Counted from the first letter of the stretch, positions 25,640-38,917 are shown. The stretch is 64,000 nt of DNA from Octopus bimaculoides (GCF_001194135.2 NC_068986.1:112881746-112945745), one strand, 5' to 3'. Notes: generated by a model not told the origin, from the sequence alone. Made by a program: numbers and translations.

Positions 25640-26436
25640 GTATACATATATATACATATACTAGCGTGCGAGTGTGTGTGTATTTGTGTAACAAATGAGA
25701 AAACAAACAATGAAATTCTCGAGATTCTTTATTGCTCACAACGATCGTTTCGACCCCGCTTGCATCGAATCGTTGTGGTTGAGATACTGTACAGATAGTT
25801 CCTGGTGCATCGTTCGTTGCAGTCTTATCTGTTGAGGTGACTTTTCAAAAGATGCCCCGTTTTGCCTGTAGGTGGTTACCTATAGGCTTCGAGGTTTAGA
25901 ATACAAGTAATTATCTATATATACATATATGTATTATTTAGTAGATGAGCACGGAAGTATGAGGGGCTATAATCCTTTGTTACCGTTTTTCATAGGTACG
26001 TAGAGGTAGATGTTGCGTTAGTGTTGATAGGGCTTTCGACTCTGTTCTTACCATTTGGCATTTGTTTCAATGTAAGTATTTATCTTGCAGACGTTTATTA
26101 TTTTATTCATACCTATGTGAATATTCATGAACATTAACATATCTTTATACAGAAATAAATTTGTATCCTTTAATTTCGTTTCGGAAAACGTGTTCAATAC
26201 ACATATAAATGTTTCTACTCTATTATGCCAGCAACAGTGTAAAGATGCCAACTAGCAATGCCAACTTTCTCGGGTTGCAGCCGATATAAAGTTGGATACG
26301 TACTGTAATAACACGAATTAATAAGTATATATATATATATATATATACATGAGGAAAATAAGAAGGAAAAAGTGAAAATGCATATTGATATAAAAAAATA
26401 AAGGCTTTTTTAATGAAAAGCAACGATAAATATATA

Positions 26437-26605
26437 TAATTAGATGAACTTAGATAGAATTAAGAGGAATAAAAGTCACCTGGAAATCGGTGTTCATTCA
26501 AAGCCAGTGAACAGCATTTGACTATACCGGTATGACTTTGAATCTCTTTATCAATTCAAAATAATGACTTTTATTCCTCTTAATTCTACCTAGTTCATCA
26601 AATTA
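26437..26605. mobile_element. MITE-like element with about 42-bp terminal inverted repeats
   Basis: TAATTAGATGAACTTAGATAGAATTAAGAGGAATAAAAGTCA (26437-26478) vs reverse complement of 26565-26605, TAATTTGATGAACTAGGTAGAATTAAGAGGAATAAAAGTCA. Confidence 0.65.
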
Positions 26606-26619
26606 AGAAGAACCTTCTT

Positions 26620-28710
26620 ATGTAATAATTAATGACTGGTAGAACACTAAGTTCTTCATACAGGCAGTACGTCTTTCCAGCAAAGATATAGGCACGGAAT
26701 TTGGCAAAGATACGTACAGAATATTAGTTATGAAAAAGGGACAGGTATTCAACAGTGAATACATTCAAGTACAAGTTGGCGAGACATTAAAATCGCTGAA
26801 ACGATTAGAGTGATAAGAATCTAGGGTTATTGGAATCTGAGAGAACATGAGAAGGGAAGGAAGTGAATGAAAAAAGGTCCCAGTGTAGTGGAGGCTGTAG
26901 ATATTTGGGTAGTAAATTTATTAGATGCTCAGCAGTTTTTGTAGATTGGACAAAAACTGAATTAACAAATATAGGCAGAAAAACAAAGAAGGATTTCAAT
27001 ATGAATGGAGGAGTTCAAACAAGAGCAGGAGTGCCAAGATTATACAAGCAAGGTGGAAGGGGGTAAATATCAGTATAAGACTGCATGGAGTTTGCTAGAG
27101 TAGATATGACCTCCTGTGCAGTTAATAGTGAAGAAATTATATTAAGAGCTGCTACAATCACAGTAACACAGTAGGTAAACCAAAATGCCAAATGAAGTTA
27201 AAGACCGGAAAAAAGAAGATTATCAGACTGGCAAGAAAAGGCATACTAGATTCAAAAAGATAGTTGCAGAAAATTGTAATAGTGAGTCATGGTTCTTTTT
27301 GCAGAAAGAGAGGCTGAAAAGAGAAGGAATTCAATATGAATTGAGGACTCCACTTAAGGACAGGAGTAGAAAACTTATACTTACCTAGAAAGGAAGGTGG
27401 ACGAGGGTTAATATTAATGGAAGACTGTATGGAGTTAACCACAGTAGATATAGACTCCTATGCAGGTAATAGTGAAGAAAGTTTATTAAGAGCTGCTAGA
27501 TTCACAAAAAGGCAAAGGCAACCAAAACCCAAACGAAGTTAAAAATCAGAAGCGTCAAAAAAATTATCTGATTCGCAGGAGAAAACTTCCATAATAGATT
27601 CCTAAAGATAGTTGCAGCAAACAGTTGTAGAAAGAAAAACTTTTTGGTTGCAGAAAGAAAAACTGAAGAGAGAGACAGGATGTCTTTTAGTAGCTGCATA
27701 AGATCAAACAGTAAGGAATAACTGGATAAAAGCTGAAATTGGCAAAAACCAAGAAGATTCCAATGTAGGTTATGCAAATAAAAAGAGGAAATATAGGATG
27801 CTGGCAAAGAAAGAATACAAGAAAAGACATGACAACCCAGGAAGAGTATAAATCCACCGGAAATTATGTAGAAAGCCAGAAACTACCATGCAAACGTCCT
27901 TAGACATGTACCTGACCCCTCGTGCATAACTTGCGGAGAATTCACAGAGACAATTGATCGTATTGTTTCTTGCTGCTCAGTCCTCGTTGGAAAGGAGTAC
28001 CTCCTAAGGCATGGCAGACTAGGGCAGTAATCCACTGGAATGCTTGTAAATACTACAAAATCAAATCCCGTGATCATCCCTTTGAACTTCCCAATACAAA
28101 CAGACAGAAAAATTGACTCCAAGCGACCGGGCATTGTGATCAACGACTACAACAGAGGAACTTGTTCCTTAATATATATGTCTGTACTACAAGATCAAAA
28201 TGTCTCGAAAAGCTTTCTCACTATAAAGATCAGAATACTGAAATCACAAAAATGTGGAAGCTTAGTACTATGATAATAGCAGCAATAATTGGTGCGTTGG
28301 GAATGATAAGGATGGGAGCTGAGAGGTATATTAAGCAACTCTCTGATAACTCCAGTCATGCCTGTTTAATTCCAGGATCTTACAGAATAATACAATCCTT
28401 AAGATTTAAAATAGAAAAAAAATGGAGCATGAAAACAGTGAATATCGTGTCCTTAACAACTGCTGTATTGGGAACAATAAGCAAAGTTATAGGCAAATGA
28501 CTGCAGGAGATTCAAATAGAATGCCCTGTTGAGCTCCTGCAGAAAGTTTGTCTCTTAGGGACGGCAAGGATTATTAGGAATGTTCTAAGCAGTTGGAAGA
28601 CAGCTGAAAACTTGTAGATACCTAAGGTTACAGGTAGTAACTAGCTTCCCACATAAATCCAACCAGGAATGAAACAGAACCTGAGCCAAATGAACATAAT
28701 AGTAATAATC
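26620..28710 (+). mobile_element. R4/Dong-like (RLE-endonuclease) non-LTR retrotransposon remnant
   Basis: DWTKTELTNIGRKTKK...RLY, NLYLPRKEGGRGLI, zinc knuckle CITCGEFTETIDRIVSCC, IQTDRKIDSKRPGIVI (RPD motif of the RLE), EKLSHYKD...KMW...IIGALG, LLQKVCLLGTARIIRNVL, then a 3' UTR ending in a short TAA-rich tail. Many stops. Confidence 0.85.
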
Positions 28711-28711
28711 C

Positions 28712-28925
28712 TTTCAACTATAGACATAAGAGCTGAAATTTTGTTGGATGTCACTAGTGGACTACATCGACCCCAAAACCTGACTGGTACTTATTTTATC
28801 AACCTCGCAAGGATGAAAAGCAAATTCCATCTCGGTGGAATTTAAACGCATGACTTAATGATGGACAAAATGCCGCTAACCATTTTGACCAGTTCTGTAA
28901 CGATTCCGCTAGCTTACAACCTTGA
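28712..28925 (-). mobile_element. SINE family B, degenerate
   Basis: ACATCGACCCCA...CTGGTACTTATTTTATCAACC...GGATGAAAAGCAAA...GGAATTTAAAC is the reverse complement of the family B core. Confidence 0.75.
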
Positions 28926-29448
28926 AAATGAGTCACGTAAAAAGGTGATTTTAGGTTCCGTAGTATCTCACGATTTTAGACATTATTCTTAGGGGAGTTG
29001 GCTGCGCAACATAGCTGAGAATCTTGGCAGTGCAAAGGGAATCGTAACTACAGCAAGAAAAATACATCACAACGTTGATAAGCAAATTTGGACATGGAGA
29101 AGTCATTTACGTAAATATTAGAGAATGCATGTACATTGTTTGTAGAATATGAAATAGAATATTTTGAAAAGGAGCAATTTTAGACAAACAATATTACAAA
29201 AATAATATTTATTAAACGTTCGCTGGTGACAACCTTAATTTGAAAAATGTAACCTAATTAAAACATGAATTTTTCTAAAAATAAAAATAGCAGTAAATTT
29301 CCTAAATTTGTAATTATTTCTAATACTCTTTGTAATGAAACAAAATATATTTTGTATTAAAATGAAGAATCAAGTGAAATTTGAAGTTTTCACATTTTAC
29401 ACTCAGAAACGTGGTAGGAATCAAAGTAGCAATAATAACGACGAACGT

Positions 29449-29523
<75 letters not shown>

Positions 29524-29545
29524 TTGGTGGTGGTGGTGGTGGTGC
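29449..29545. repeat. (TAG)n grading into (TGG)n
   Basis: Read directly from the sequence. Confidence 0.95.
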
Positions 29546-30394
29546 GGTGGCGGCGATGTCGATGGTGATGGTATCGTTGGTATAAGCAAAGAAGATGAAG
29601 AAAGCAAGGAAAAAGAGGAGGAGAAGAAAGAGGTGGAGACGAAGATAAGTAAGAAAGAACAAAAACAAGAACAAGAATTTGAAGAAGATTAATATTATGA
29701 CAACATTTTATCTCTAAACACAACAAAATCAAAAGGTTGCATGATAAATAATAGCATTATCGAAGGTCATTGAGTTTTCTTTGCCCAACTGCGTTGAAAA
29801 TATGTATAATCCGATCTTTTTCAAATTCCAGTTTTGCATTTATGTATTACTCATCCTTACAACGTTTGTCTTTTCACCTCATCCACCCTTTATTATTACC
29901 TGCAAGAATTTAAAATTGATGCTATTTTCAATGTAAGTATCTGATATCAAATTCTAAGGAGATGATAGAATGAAATTCAAGCTATGTGTTTCTACAATAT
30001 TTCCAGGATATAAAGAATATAAGATACACGTTTATATTATTACGCAATATATGCTTTATAGTTATATAACTGCAAGTGCTTACTCTTATTTCCGCTCGAA
30101 ATCCAGCTTAAAATACTTAATTTCATTTAATTACACTGTTTCGTGTGTTGTGCACGTCAGTGGGTGTAGATGTAGGCGTATATTTTGGTCGATGGAAGTG
30201 GGTGTGTGTGGGAAGGGATGAGAATGGTTCTTATTCGTTAACATGAACAGGAGATAGATACATGCGTAGGTAACTAGAGAGGTAGATAGACAAGTAGATA
30301 TATAGATAGGTAGGTGGGTAGGCAGATAGGTAGGTTAATAGGTAGGTAGGTAGGAAGGTAGGTAGGTAAATTGAGTACACGAACGCATATATGT

Positions 30395-30434
<40 letters not shown>

Positions 30435-31665
30435 AAAAGGAGATTGAGGTTGTGTTTTTGATGTATTCTTAAATGCTTACAAGTTGAGTCATCCATCTAC
30501 AATACAAATGCATACCATTTCTATGCAAGCTCCGTTATAAAATCTTCATTTCTCCTGTTTGTGTACAACAGGAAACTCAGTAAAAAGCTCACAGCCCACA
30601 GAACAACGGTTTCCACGTACACACACACAAACACAAACACACACACACAATCAGCCAGCGCACGCACGGAACGTTAAATTCTAAGATCTAACTCAATTGC
30701 AACGTAGATAGCCTAGAGCGCTATTAAACTATGTCCTATAACAGACTTTCATGTGTATGCCTATAATGTATCCGCCTTATCGCATTTGAAATATTCCAAC
30801 TCTTATACCGTAAAATATTTACCTCTTTCACTTTATAATATATTTCAATATTTTTATGCCCAGAGAACAATGAAAAGTGAGAGGATTTATGCTTTAGGTT
30901 TAGAATAACGACTAGCATCGCCATAAGCCATACATAATAATATAGAGATCATAGAACGAGTTACTAGGTAAAACCTATGAGCACAGGCATGTAATAATTT
31001 ATGGAATTCTCTCTATGATAAAATGATTTATGATATGTTTCGTTATATAGCGAAAGTGAGAAATGGCATGTCCTTAAGTATACTAAGATATATAATTCAA
31101 AGTGTTCGTTAAATCGAACTGGAGAATACACCTTAAAGAGAGATGAGGCAAACTCTTTCAAGTGAGGTTAGTATACATTTTTATTTGAATGAGATAAATA
31201 CTTAAACAGGAGAGTATTTATACTTTAGGATTAACATGCGGTAATTTTTGAACATTAAATTCAGGAAGGCCTCACGCTTTCAACTGAGTGATGTTACGAA
31301 GTGTCCATTGAGAAAGGGTATATACTATATATTGGTAGGGTGCATTGATCTAAGCATGATGCAGGCTATATATTTTATAGTGATATCGAGGACACACTTC
31401 CTAACTGTATACATCCTATTGAGGTTGCGTATATACATTATAGTGAGGCATAATATATATTTCAAATTAAGAGAGGACACCCGATTTAAAATGAGGAGAG
31501 AAAACAGACTATATAGTTCGACAGGTTCTTATTCAAATGCATACAAGTTATAGATTTTAAAATGACATGTTAAATATATATATATACACTCACACACACA
31601 CACACGCACACACATACGCACATACATACGCGCGCGCACACACTCACACACACACACACACACAT

Positions 31666-31723
<58 letters not shown>

Positions 31724-33585
31724 GGAGTGGGCAATATAGGATTTTGGCACTAAATTAAGAGATGCCTACAAGCATGTGAGAATGTTATATGTGATGGCAT
31801 ATACATTTACAAGTTACAAACGATATATATATTGTAAATAGAGAGAAGGCGATCCTTTCAACTTTATAATGGTGATATAATTTAAATTGAAAGAGAAAGT
31901 GTGCATTTAATGTGAGATCGGGTACACGCTGATGTCCAAACATATAAATAGATGGCTACGTATTTATCTGTTATTGTTTTTTGAATAATTCTTAGCTATA
32001 TATCATTTTGAGGACAAAGAACCCTTGATGTGTATCTTCTAAGAAAATGTCATCTAGGACCAAACCTGCGATTCAAAATTCAATGATAATTGAGATAGAG
32101 TATAGACTTTTAAGCGACAACCCGCCCCCCAAAAAAAAAACACGTTAACGTAAGATTGTGCACATCAATGCAAGATTTGGAATATATTAGATACCGTTAG
32201 TGGTATATATTGGACAATATGAGAAGAAGAATATTTCAAGTAAGATAGAGAATGCGCATTAACGTGTGTTACAGTATTTAATTTTTAAAACGCTCTTGGT
32301 TATGTACGTTAAAACTGGGATAGGTCCTAGAATTTAAAACACCGTGCGTGTGAATTATGTGTGCGTAAAGGAGTGTGCGTGTGCACGCACTTGCATGCGT
32401 GTGTGTATGTCCGTGTGTGTATATGTATGATTGAAGGTGGCTTGTGCAAGAAGGATTTGTTCGCGGCGTGATTAAATGTATATATACTCATAGAATACAA
32501 ACACGCCGAAACACATGCATATACGTATACACGTTTGTGTGTGTGTGTGTGTGTGTGCGTGTGTGTGTGTGTCAGTGTGTGCTTGTATGTGTGTATGTAT
32601 AATAGTAACCGAGAGAGATGGGCATATTGCATGGAGCAATATAGTAGCTAGATTTGGGCACTTGTTCATCCATCTTATGTTTTTATTCTCCATAATCGTA
32701 TTAGTCTTATTTTTTGTTTTTTATTTCAAACAAAAGAATTGTGATATACATTATTAGGAAATTTACATTTGGGAACCTTCTAGGTCGAGTTGTGAGAAGG
32801 ATGTGGTGACTAGGATGCCAAGTAGCTGGCGTTCATTGCCAAAACTTACAACAAATAACCGTATGTTTATTGTTACGACTGATAAAATCTTCAACATTAT
32901 TCTCCATGTATACACGAACATAACCTCCCTCTCCGACACATACACACACTGTCTCACTCAAACAAATTCACCACGCACGCATATAATTTGGTTGATGTGA
33001 GCTGGATAACAAGCACACACAGACTAACACACATATCATCAATATATGTGTATGTATATATATATATATGTCTCTCTATCTCTCCATATAGAGAGAGATA
33101 TAGTGACAGACAGCTAGATATTTACACGCATACACAAACATACATACTATACCATGCATACTGTGGTGTTGAACAATATTTGTCAGGATAGTATTTTATC
33201 GCTGTCAGATTTTGGTAGAACGATTAATAATAGTAAACATATTTTTAGTTTGTGAATGTCTCAAAACTACTTGTTATCTTCTATTTTACTGAGAATTTTT
33301 TTTACACTTCTCAGAGTCCAACTGGCAAATTGTTCATCTGACGTAACCCCTGACCGACTACAGTGATGTATTTCAAAGCGATATTACAAGAAAATGCAAA
33401 CTACCTTAAGCAAATCTAAATAACCACATAGACTTAGTCATTCTTACATTGTTCCATATTCACCTGCTGTTGTTCAAAAGCGTTCTTTCCCAATCGATGC
33501 AGTCGCAAATATAACTTCGCATTATATTATAGATGGCGCCCGATAACAGTTCCTACTGCAGGGTATATAGCTCTGCATTCTAATG

Positions 33586-33644
<59 letters not shown>

Positions 33645-33807
33645 GTGTGCGTGTGTGTTTGTGTATAAATCTATATAAAGTATGTTTGTGTTTGTACATA
33701 TACATATATACATATATATAATATATAATATATAATATATATGCTTGTGTTTGTGTGTGTGTATGTATATATATATATATATACATATGTGTATGTGTTT
33801 GTTCATC

Positions 33808-33965
33808 TCCCCCACCGTTTGACAAGCGATGTTGATTAGCTTACCTCTCGGTAAGTATAGGTTCGTCAAAATCCGACCGGAAGAATAAGAACCAGGCTCC
33901 GAATGCAAATAACTGGGGTCGATTCATTCGACGAAAAACTTGCAGCGCTTTGCCCCAGCAGCTTT
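33808..33965 (+). mobile_element. SINE family A-like 3' half, degenerate
   Basis: CCCCACCGTTTGACAAGCGATGTTG...GGTTCGTCAAAA...AGAATAAGAACCAGG...CTGGGGTCGATTCATTCGAC...GCCCCAGCA parallels the family A tail. Confidence 0.6.
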
Positions 33966-34009
33966 TACATCTGATGATTGAAGCAATTAAAATATAACAC
34001 ATATATGTA

Positions 34010-34043
<34 letters not shown>

Positions 34044-34619
34044 NNNNNNNNNNNNNNNNNNNNNNNNNNNNNNNNNNNNNNNNNNNNNNNNNNNNNNNNN
34101 NNNNNNNNNNNNNNNNNNNNNNNNNNNNNNNNNNNNNNNNNNNNNNNNNNNNNNNNNNNNNNNNNNNNNNNNNNNNNNNNNNNNNNNNNNNNNNNNNNNN
34201 NNNNNNNNNNNNNNNNNNNNNNNNNNNNNNNNNNNNNNNNNNNNNNNNNNNNNNNNNNNNNNNNNNNNNNNNNNNNNNNNNATATATATATATATATATA
34301 TAACCCAATGATAATAAGTAGACAAATAAATTAATTAACATATCTTTAACAATTCGTTACAACTGGTTTTGCAGCAGCCCTATTTCCAGCGCAAGTTTAC
34401 GTAAAAGTTCGAAGTGAAAATGTACGTAATGTTTGCGGTTTGAGCCATTAGAGAGGCATTGCATGAGAATTATGTGAACGGTGTGCTGCCACAGATTGTG
34501 TGTCTTGCAGACCTTGTGTTTTTGGTTTGTATCGAGAGGAAAAACAAAATAAGTTAACAAAAGGATTTCCATGAGAGTAGTAAGTAGGGTAGAGATTATG
34601 TAGTGGGTGAGGAAATAAA

Positions 34620-34830
34620 GTGGAAGAATACGATGAAGAAGGAGGAGGTGGAGGAGGAGTGGAGGAGAAAGAAGATAAGGAGAAGAATAGGAGAAGGAAG
34701 AAGAGGAGGAGAAGGAAGAAGATGAGGGGAAGGAAGAAGTGGAGGAGAAGGAAGAAGAGGAGGAGAAGGAAGAAGAGGAGAAGGAAGAAGAGAAGGAAGA
34801 AGAGGAGAGGAAAGAAGGGGAGGCAGGAAA
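34620..34830. repeat. Purine-only repeat with GGAGAAGGAAGAAGAGGA-like 18-mer units
   Basis: Read directly; it explains the RRKKRRR and LLPSPP ORFs. Confidence 0.9.
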
Positions 34831-35045
34831 TCAAGCAGAATGAATGAATCGACTCCCAGTACTCCTTTTTCAAGTGTGGTACGTATTCTAACGTTCTGTT
34901 TGCTGAACCGCAAAGTTATGTGAACTCAAACGCACCAACACCAGTTATCAAGCGGTGGTGGCGAGGACAAACGCAGACAAAAAGACGCACACACATAGAT
35001 ATATGCATACATACATGCATACATAATTACATACATACATACAAT

Positions 35046-35079
<34 letters not shown>

Positions 35080-35966
35080 TATATATGTATGTACATATGT
35101 GTGTATGTTTATATATATTTACATATGTACATATGTACTCACAGACAATCATTTTTTTCTGTGCGTGAGAACAGATACATGAATATGAAGAAACTCTTCA
35201 TCTGATCTTTTTATTGAACTGTGAATAAATATAGATTCTGTATGTTGTATTAAGAGATACGTCGATGCAGTTTTCAAGCAGAGGATATCTCAGTTTGACT
35301 TGCACTTTAAACTAACGTTTACACAAGTGACTACTATTTTATTTTACGCGCTGTACACAAACTCATTCCACTGGGAAGAATATTAGAATGTTCAGACGCA
35401 ATTCTTAAAGATTTACTCACACATTTTCTAGCTTATTTGCTTCTGAATTCGCCAATAACAATTGTCCATTGTTAAGTCAATAAAAGTTTCAAATTGTGAA
35501 TCAGAGGACTTGTTATAGAACAAATGCCTATGGAGATCATGGAAAACATGGCCGTTTATTAATGGCACTCTAACAGCGTCTGGGCTTTGTATACAGCTTC
35601 TTAAGTCAATAGTAGGTGTTTGCATTTGACCACTTGGAATTAACTGAAAGACTTCAACCTGTATATTTATTGGTTATTTCACTGAAGATTCGCTGTTTAC
35701 AAAAATAGGTTGAACAATGCCTCCTCGAAATTCTTATGAAATTCCGTTTGCAATATAAACTCAAATAGAATATAATAAGTAGATTCAAAATTTGAAACGA
35801 CTCTGTGGTAAAGGCTGCGTACATTCTTGTATGTTTAAGTTGTAAGTTCAAATCCAGCCGAAGCAGATTTGTCTTACCTTCATATGGTGTTATTAAAATT
35901 TAATCCTTTTGAAAAACGAGGGGTAATTTAATCCAGTAAATCTTCTCCAAGTTAGAGTTTTTTTTT

Positions 35967-36002
<36 letters not shown>

Positions 36003-36171
36003 ACTTTGCTGGAAAACATTTCTTGCAGTTTATGGAAATATAGGAGAACAATCTCACAAGGTTCAAAATAAAGCTACAGAAGTTACACGATTATTTCTAC
36101 TGTATGTATTAGGATTTGCGTTCTCTTCCCGAGAACACATTTTCAGCCATACTTCGCTCCGGACGGATTTG

Positions 36172-36250
36172 TATGTATAATAATATGTATAATAATATGT
36201 ATAATAATATGTATAATAATATGTATAATAATATGTATAATAATATGTAT
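36172..36250. repeat. 12-bp tandem repeat (TATAATAATATG) x about 6
   Basis: Perfect units read directly. Confidence 0.95.
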
Positions 36251-36634
36251 GAAACCAAAAGTGTGTGTACGGTATATGTGTTACGTATCCATGATGTATG
36301 TGTATGGATGGAGGGATGGATGAATGGATGGATGTCGTTTCCGTTGTTGAATTTTCACTTCCACAATTAGTAGAAATTAATTTTATACTCATTGAATTGA
36401 CGTGTAAATAGCCAAGCTTTCGAAAGACGTGTACTGTTAAAGTATTTTTGAGGCAGATTCAGTGCGAGACTGTGTACCAAGTCGGTGCTTTTCAATTAGA
36501 TGTAGAATCAATCCGACGTGTTTGTACATGTTTTCCCTCTGCTTAAAAGTTATGGAATAAAACAACACAGAAAATCATATTAGCTGTGATGTATTGATAT
36601 CTATCTTATTTTCTGGGTTTTACGAGAATTGTGG

Positions 36635-36810
36635 GGCGGCGAGCTGGTAGAATCGTTGAACACACCAGGTGAAAGGATACACTTTATTTCGCCCATCTTT
36701 ACGTTTAGTTGAAATTGCGTTGAGGTCGACTATACATTTTATGCTTTCGGGTTGATAAAATAAGTACCAGTTAATCACTGGGGTTAATATGACCAACTTA
36801 ACTACTCTTG
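36635..36810 (+). mobile_element. SINE family B, degenerate
   Basis: GGCGGCGAGCTGGTAGAATCGTTG...GAGGTCGAC...CTTTCGGGTTGATAAAATAAGTACCAGTT. Confidence 0.75.
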
Positions 36811-36992
36811 GGTTGGTTAGATTATAAAAAAAAAACTGTAGCCCTCTACTAAACCATATCGAGCCAGTGTGGCACAGTCTACCCCAGTATAATTCCAAGG
36901 TCAAATTTATTGCCTCCACTTCAAGCTGTGATTGATGGGGAGAATATGGTTAGGGTTTCGTCTGACAGTGGACTGAATACATGCAATCCAAT

Positions 36993-37272
36993 ACATTGTT
37001 TACATTATTTATATTTGACGGATATTTGTTTTCATCTTGGTTGTTGTTGACACAACCTTTCGGCTGATATACCCACCCTCTAGCTTTCATCAGGTGTCTT
37101 GGGGAAATTTCGAACCTGGGCTCTCATTCCTAAGGTATATTTCGATGTTACTATTATTATTATTATTATTATTAATATTATTAGTATTATTATTATTCAG
37201 GTGACTGCCTGGGATCGAACTCGGAATGTTAGGGTTAGTAGCCCGCGCTCATAACCACTACGCCATATGCCC
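36993..37272 (-). mobile_element. Family D: tRNA-headed SINE-like element with (AAT)n spacer and hammerhead-bearing tail
   Basis: Head GGGCATATGGCGTAGTGGTTATGAGCGCGGGCTACTAACCCTAACATTCCGAGTTCGATCCCAGGCAGTCACC has A box TGGCGTAGTGG and B box GTTCGATCC, but its acceptor and T stems do not pair, so it is not a tRNA. It is followed by (AAT)n and a tail homologous to 17290-17435. Confidence 0.75.
37049..37098 (-). ncRNA. Minimal type-I hammerhead ribozyme-like motif (canonical CUGAUGA)
   Basis: GACAC-CUGAUGA-A-AGCUAG(agggugggUAUA)UCAGCC-GAAA-GG-U-U-GUGUC: perfect 5-bp stem I, intact core, partly eroded stem II, 1-bp stem III. Confidence 0.55.
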
Positions 37273-38917
37273 AAGCCATGAGAATTGTAATTGTACCTTC
37301 TTAATTAATAGTTGCCTTTCTATGTTTTTAGATCCTAGAATCTCCAGCTTAATGATTGAGATATCGATGAGATGCATCACGTATGAATTATTTCATCAGT
37401 TGCCTTCGAGCAACGCTATCAAGGGGTCTCATTATGTTGACTCATTATCTCGCCAATGAAATCCACAATCAGAGACATTCATGAATCTTACTGTCTCCAG
37501 TTATGAGACTCATTGGGTCGTTTACTTGGGTCTCATTCTGTATCAGTGACCGAAATCTCCATATTTAACTAAACGGGAAACGCAGAACCTTCACCGAACG
37601 CTAACAGCAAGGTAAACTCCTGTATGTGGCTTCATAATACATCTCTTAAGGATAAAATGAGTGTCGGATGAAATTTGTAAGCCTTAAGTAGTTTAGATCA
37701 GACTTTTGTATGTCTTGGTTGGTGAACCCAAGGCTATTTGTAAAAATATTTGTCCATGGTACGACGTATGTGCTATTGAGCATAGAACAACATGATTGTG
37801 AATGAAAAAAACATCTGAAGTCGTACAGACGCGCCATCGGGTTATAAAAATCCTAATTGAAATATTTATACAGATCATAATGACCTTGCGTACTTAGCAA
37901 ATGCTTTCGTCATATCATTACTTAAATATCAACAGATTTTGAAGATGAATTTGGGACGTAAATATTCTAGAAAACAAATTAAAAGAAACCATACGAAGAC
38001 ACGAAATATCATTTGATAATAAAAGGTAAAACTATGAACATGGCCGTCTTTCTTCATGCACCATATCGAAAATTAAACTTAATCCTTATACATGGTACGA
38101 CAAGGTTGATGGTTATATATTTGAAAATTACTGACGTAAAACGAGACTAAAATGAAACATTAGTTATAAAATTGTCTACGTGATTCAGTTGAGAGATTTC
38201 ATACCTGTAATACCTGTAATTGGTTAATTCATTAAGCTGTGTTCTCCCCGTTTCGAAAGATTGGCTTTTTGCCTAAGTAGGAATCTTACATTATTTGATA
38301 CTCTCATCTCTTAATTACTATTGGTCAGGGTAAATAATGTTGCACAGTTCAATATTTAATTTGCATTCGCTCTTTCAATGGAATAGCCTGACAATAAATC
38401 CTATACATTCTCTTTGTAATGTGGAATTTAATTATTATTAGCGATAATATTTCCAACATATCTTTAGGATACTAGAAATTATAGGAAGCCGACAAGCGCG
38501 ATATTCAATACCACTGGACTTTATAAGAAATCTACCTTAAAGGCAATCAAAGCAAGCTAAATTAATACGCTGTATTAAGTGAAAAAGGGGGTAGTATTGA
38601 AACATCATCATAAACTGTAGCTATCCATATTAAATTTATAGGAAAACAAACTGCAATGGTCAGGCCAGACAAATATAAATGATGGATGACGCTCTCAGTT
38701 GGGAGAGAGTCGCTCGAAGATCCTTTCTCACTACACAGCCATGCGCAGTCATATATCGGGTGAAATCTCCTCACTAACATCCTTTAACCTTTCCAAATGA
38801 TGTTTTTTTTTCTTCCGTTATCATTCCTTTTGTCTCCGATACAAAATTGCATTTCTTGCTTCCAACAAATTCAGGGAATTGTCGACAAAAGAATTACAAG
38901 CTACTAAACTCGTTGAA

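Noticed and set aside
25730-25795. Minus-strand GAAAC-GATC-GT-T-GTGAG followed by AATAAA (hammerhead 3' half with palindromic stem III) within a CACAACGAT/ATCGTTGTG hairpin
   Set aside because: No CUGANGA core upstream. It may be a decayed PLE end but cannot be supported.
37200-37272. Apparent tRNA gene on the minus strand
   Set aside because: A and B boxes are present but the acceptor and T stems do not pair; it is treated as a SINE head.
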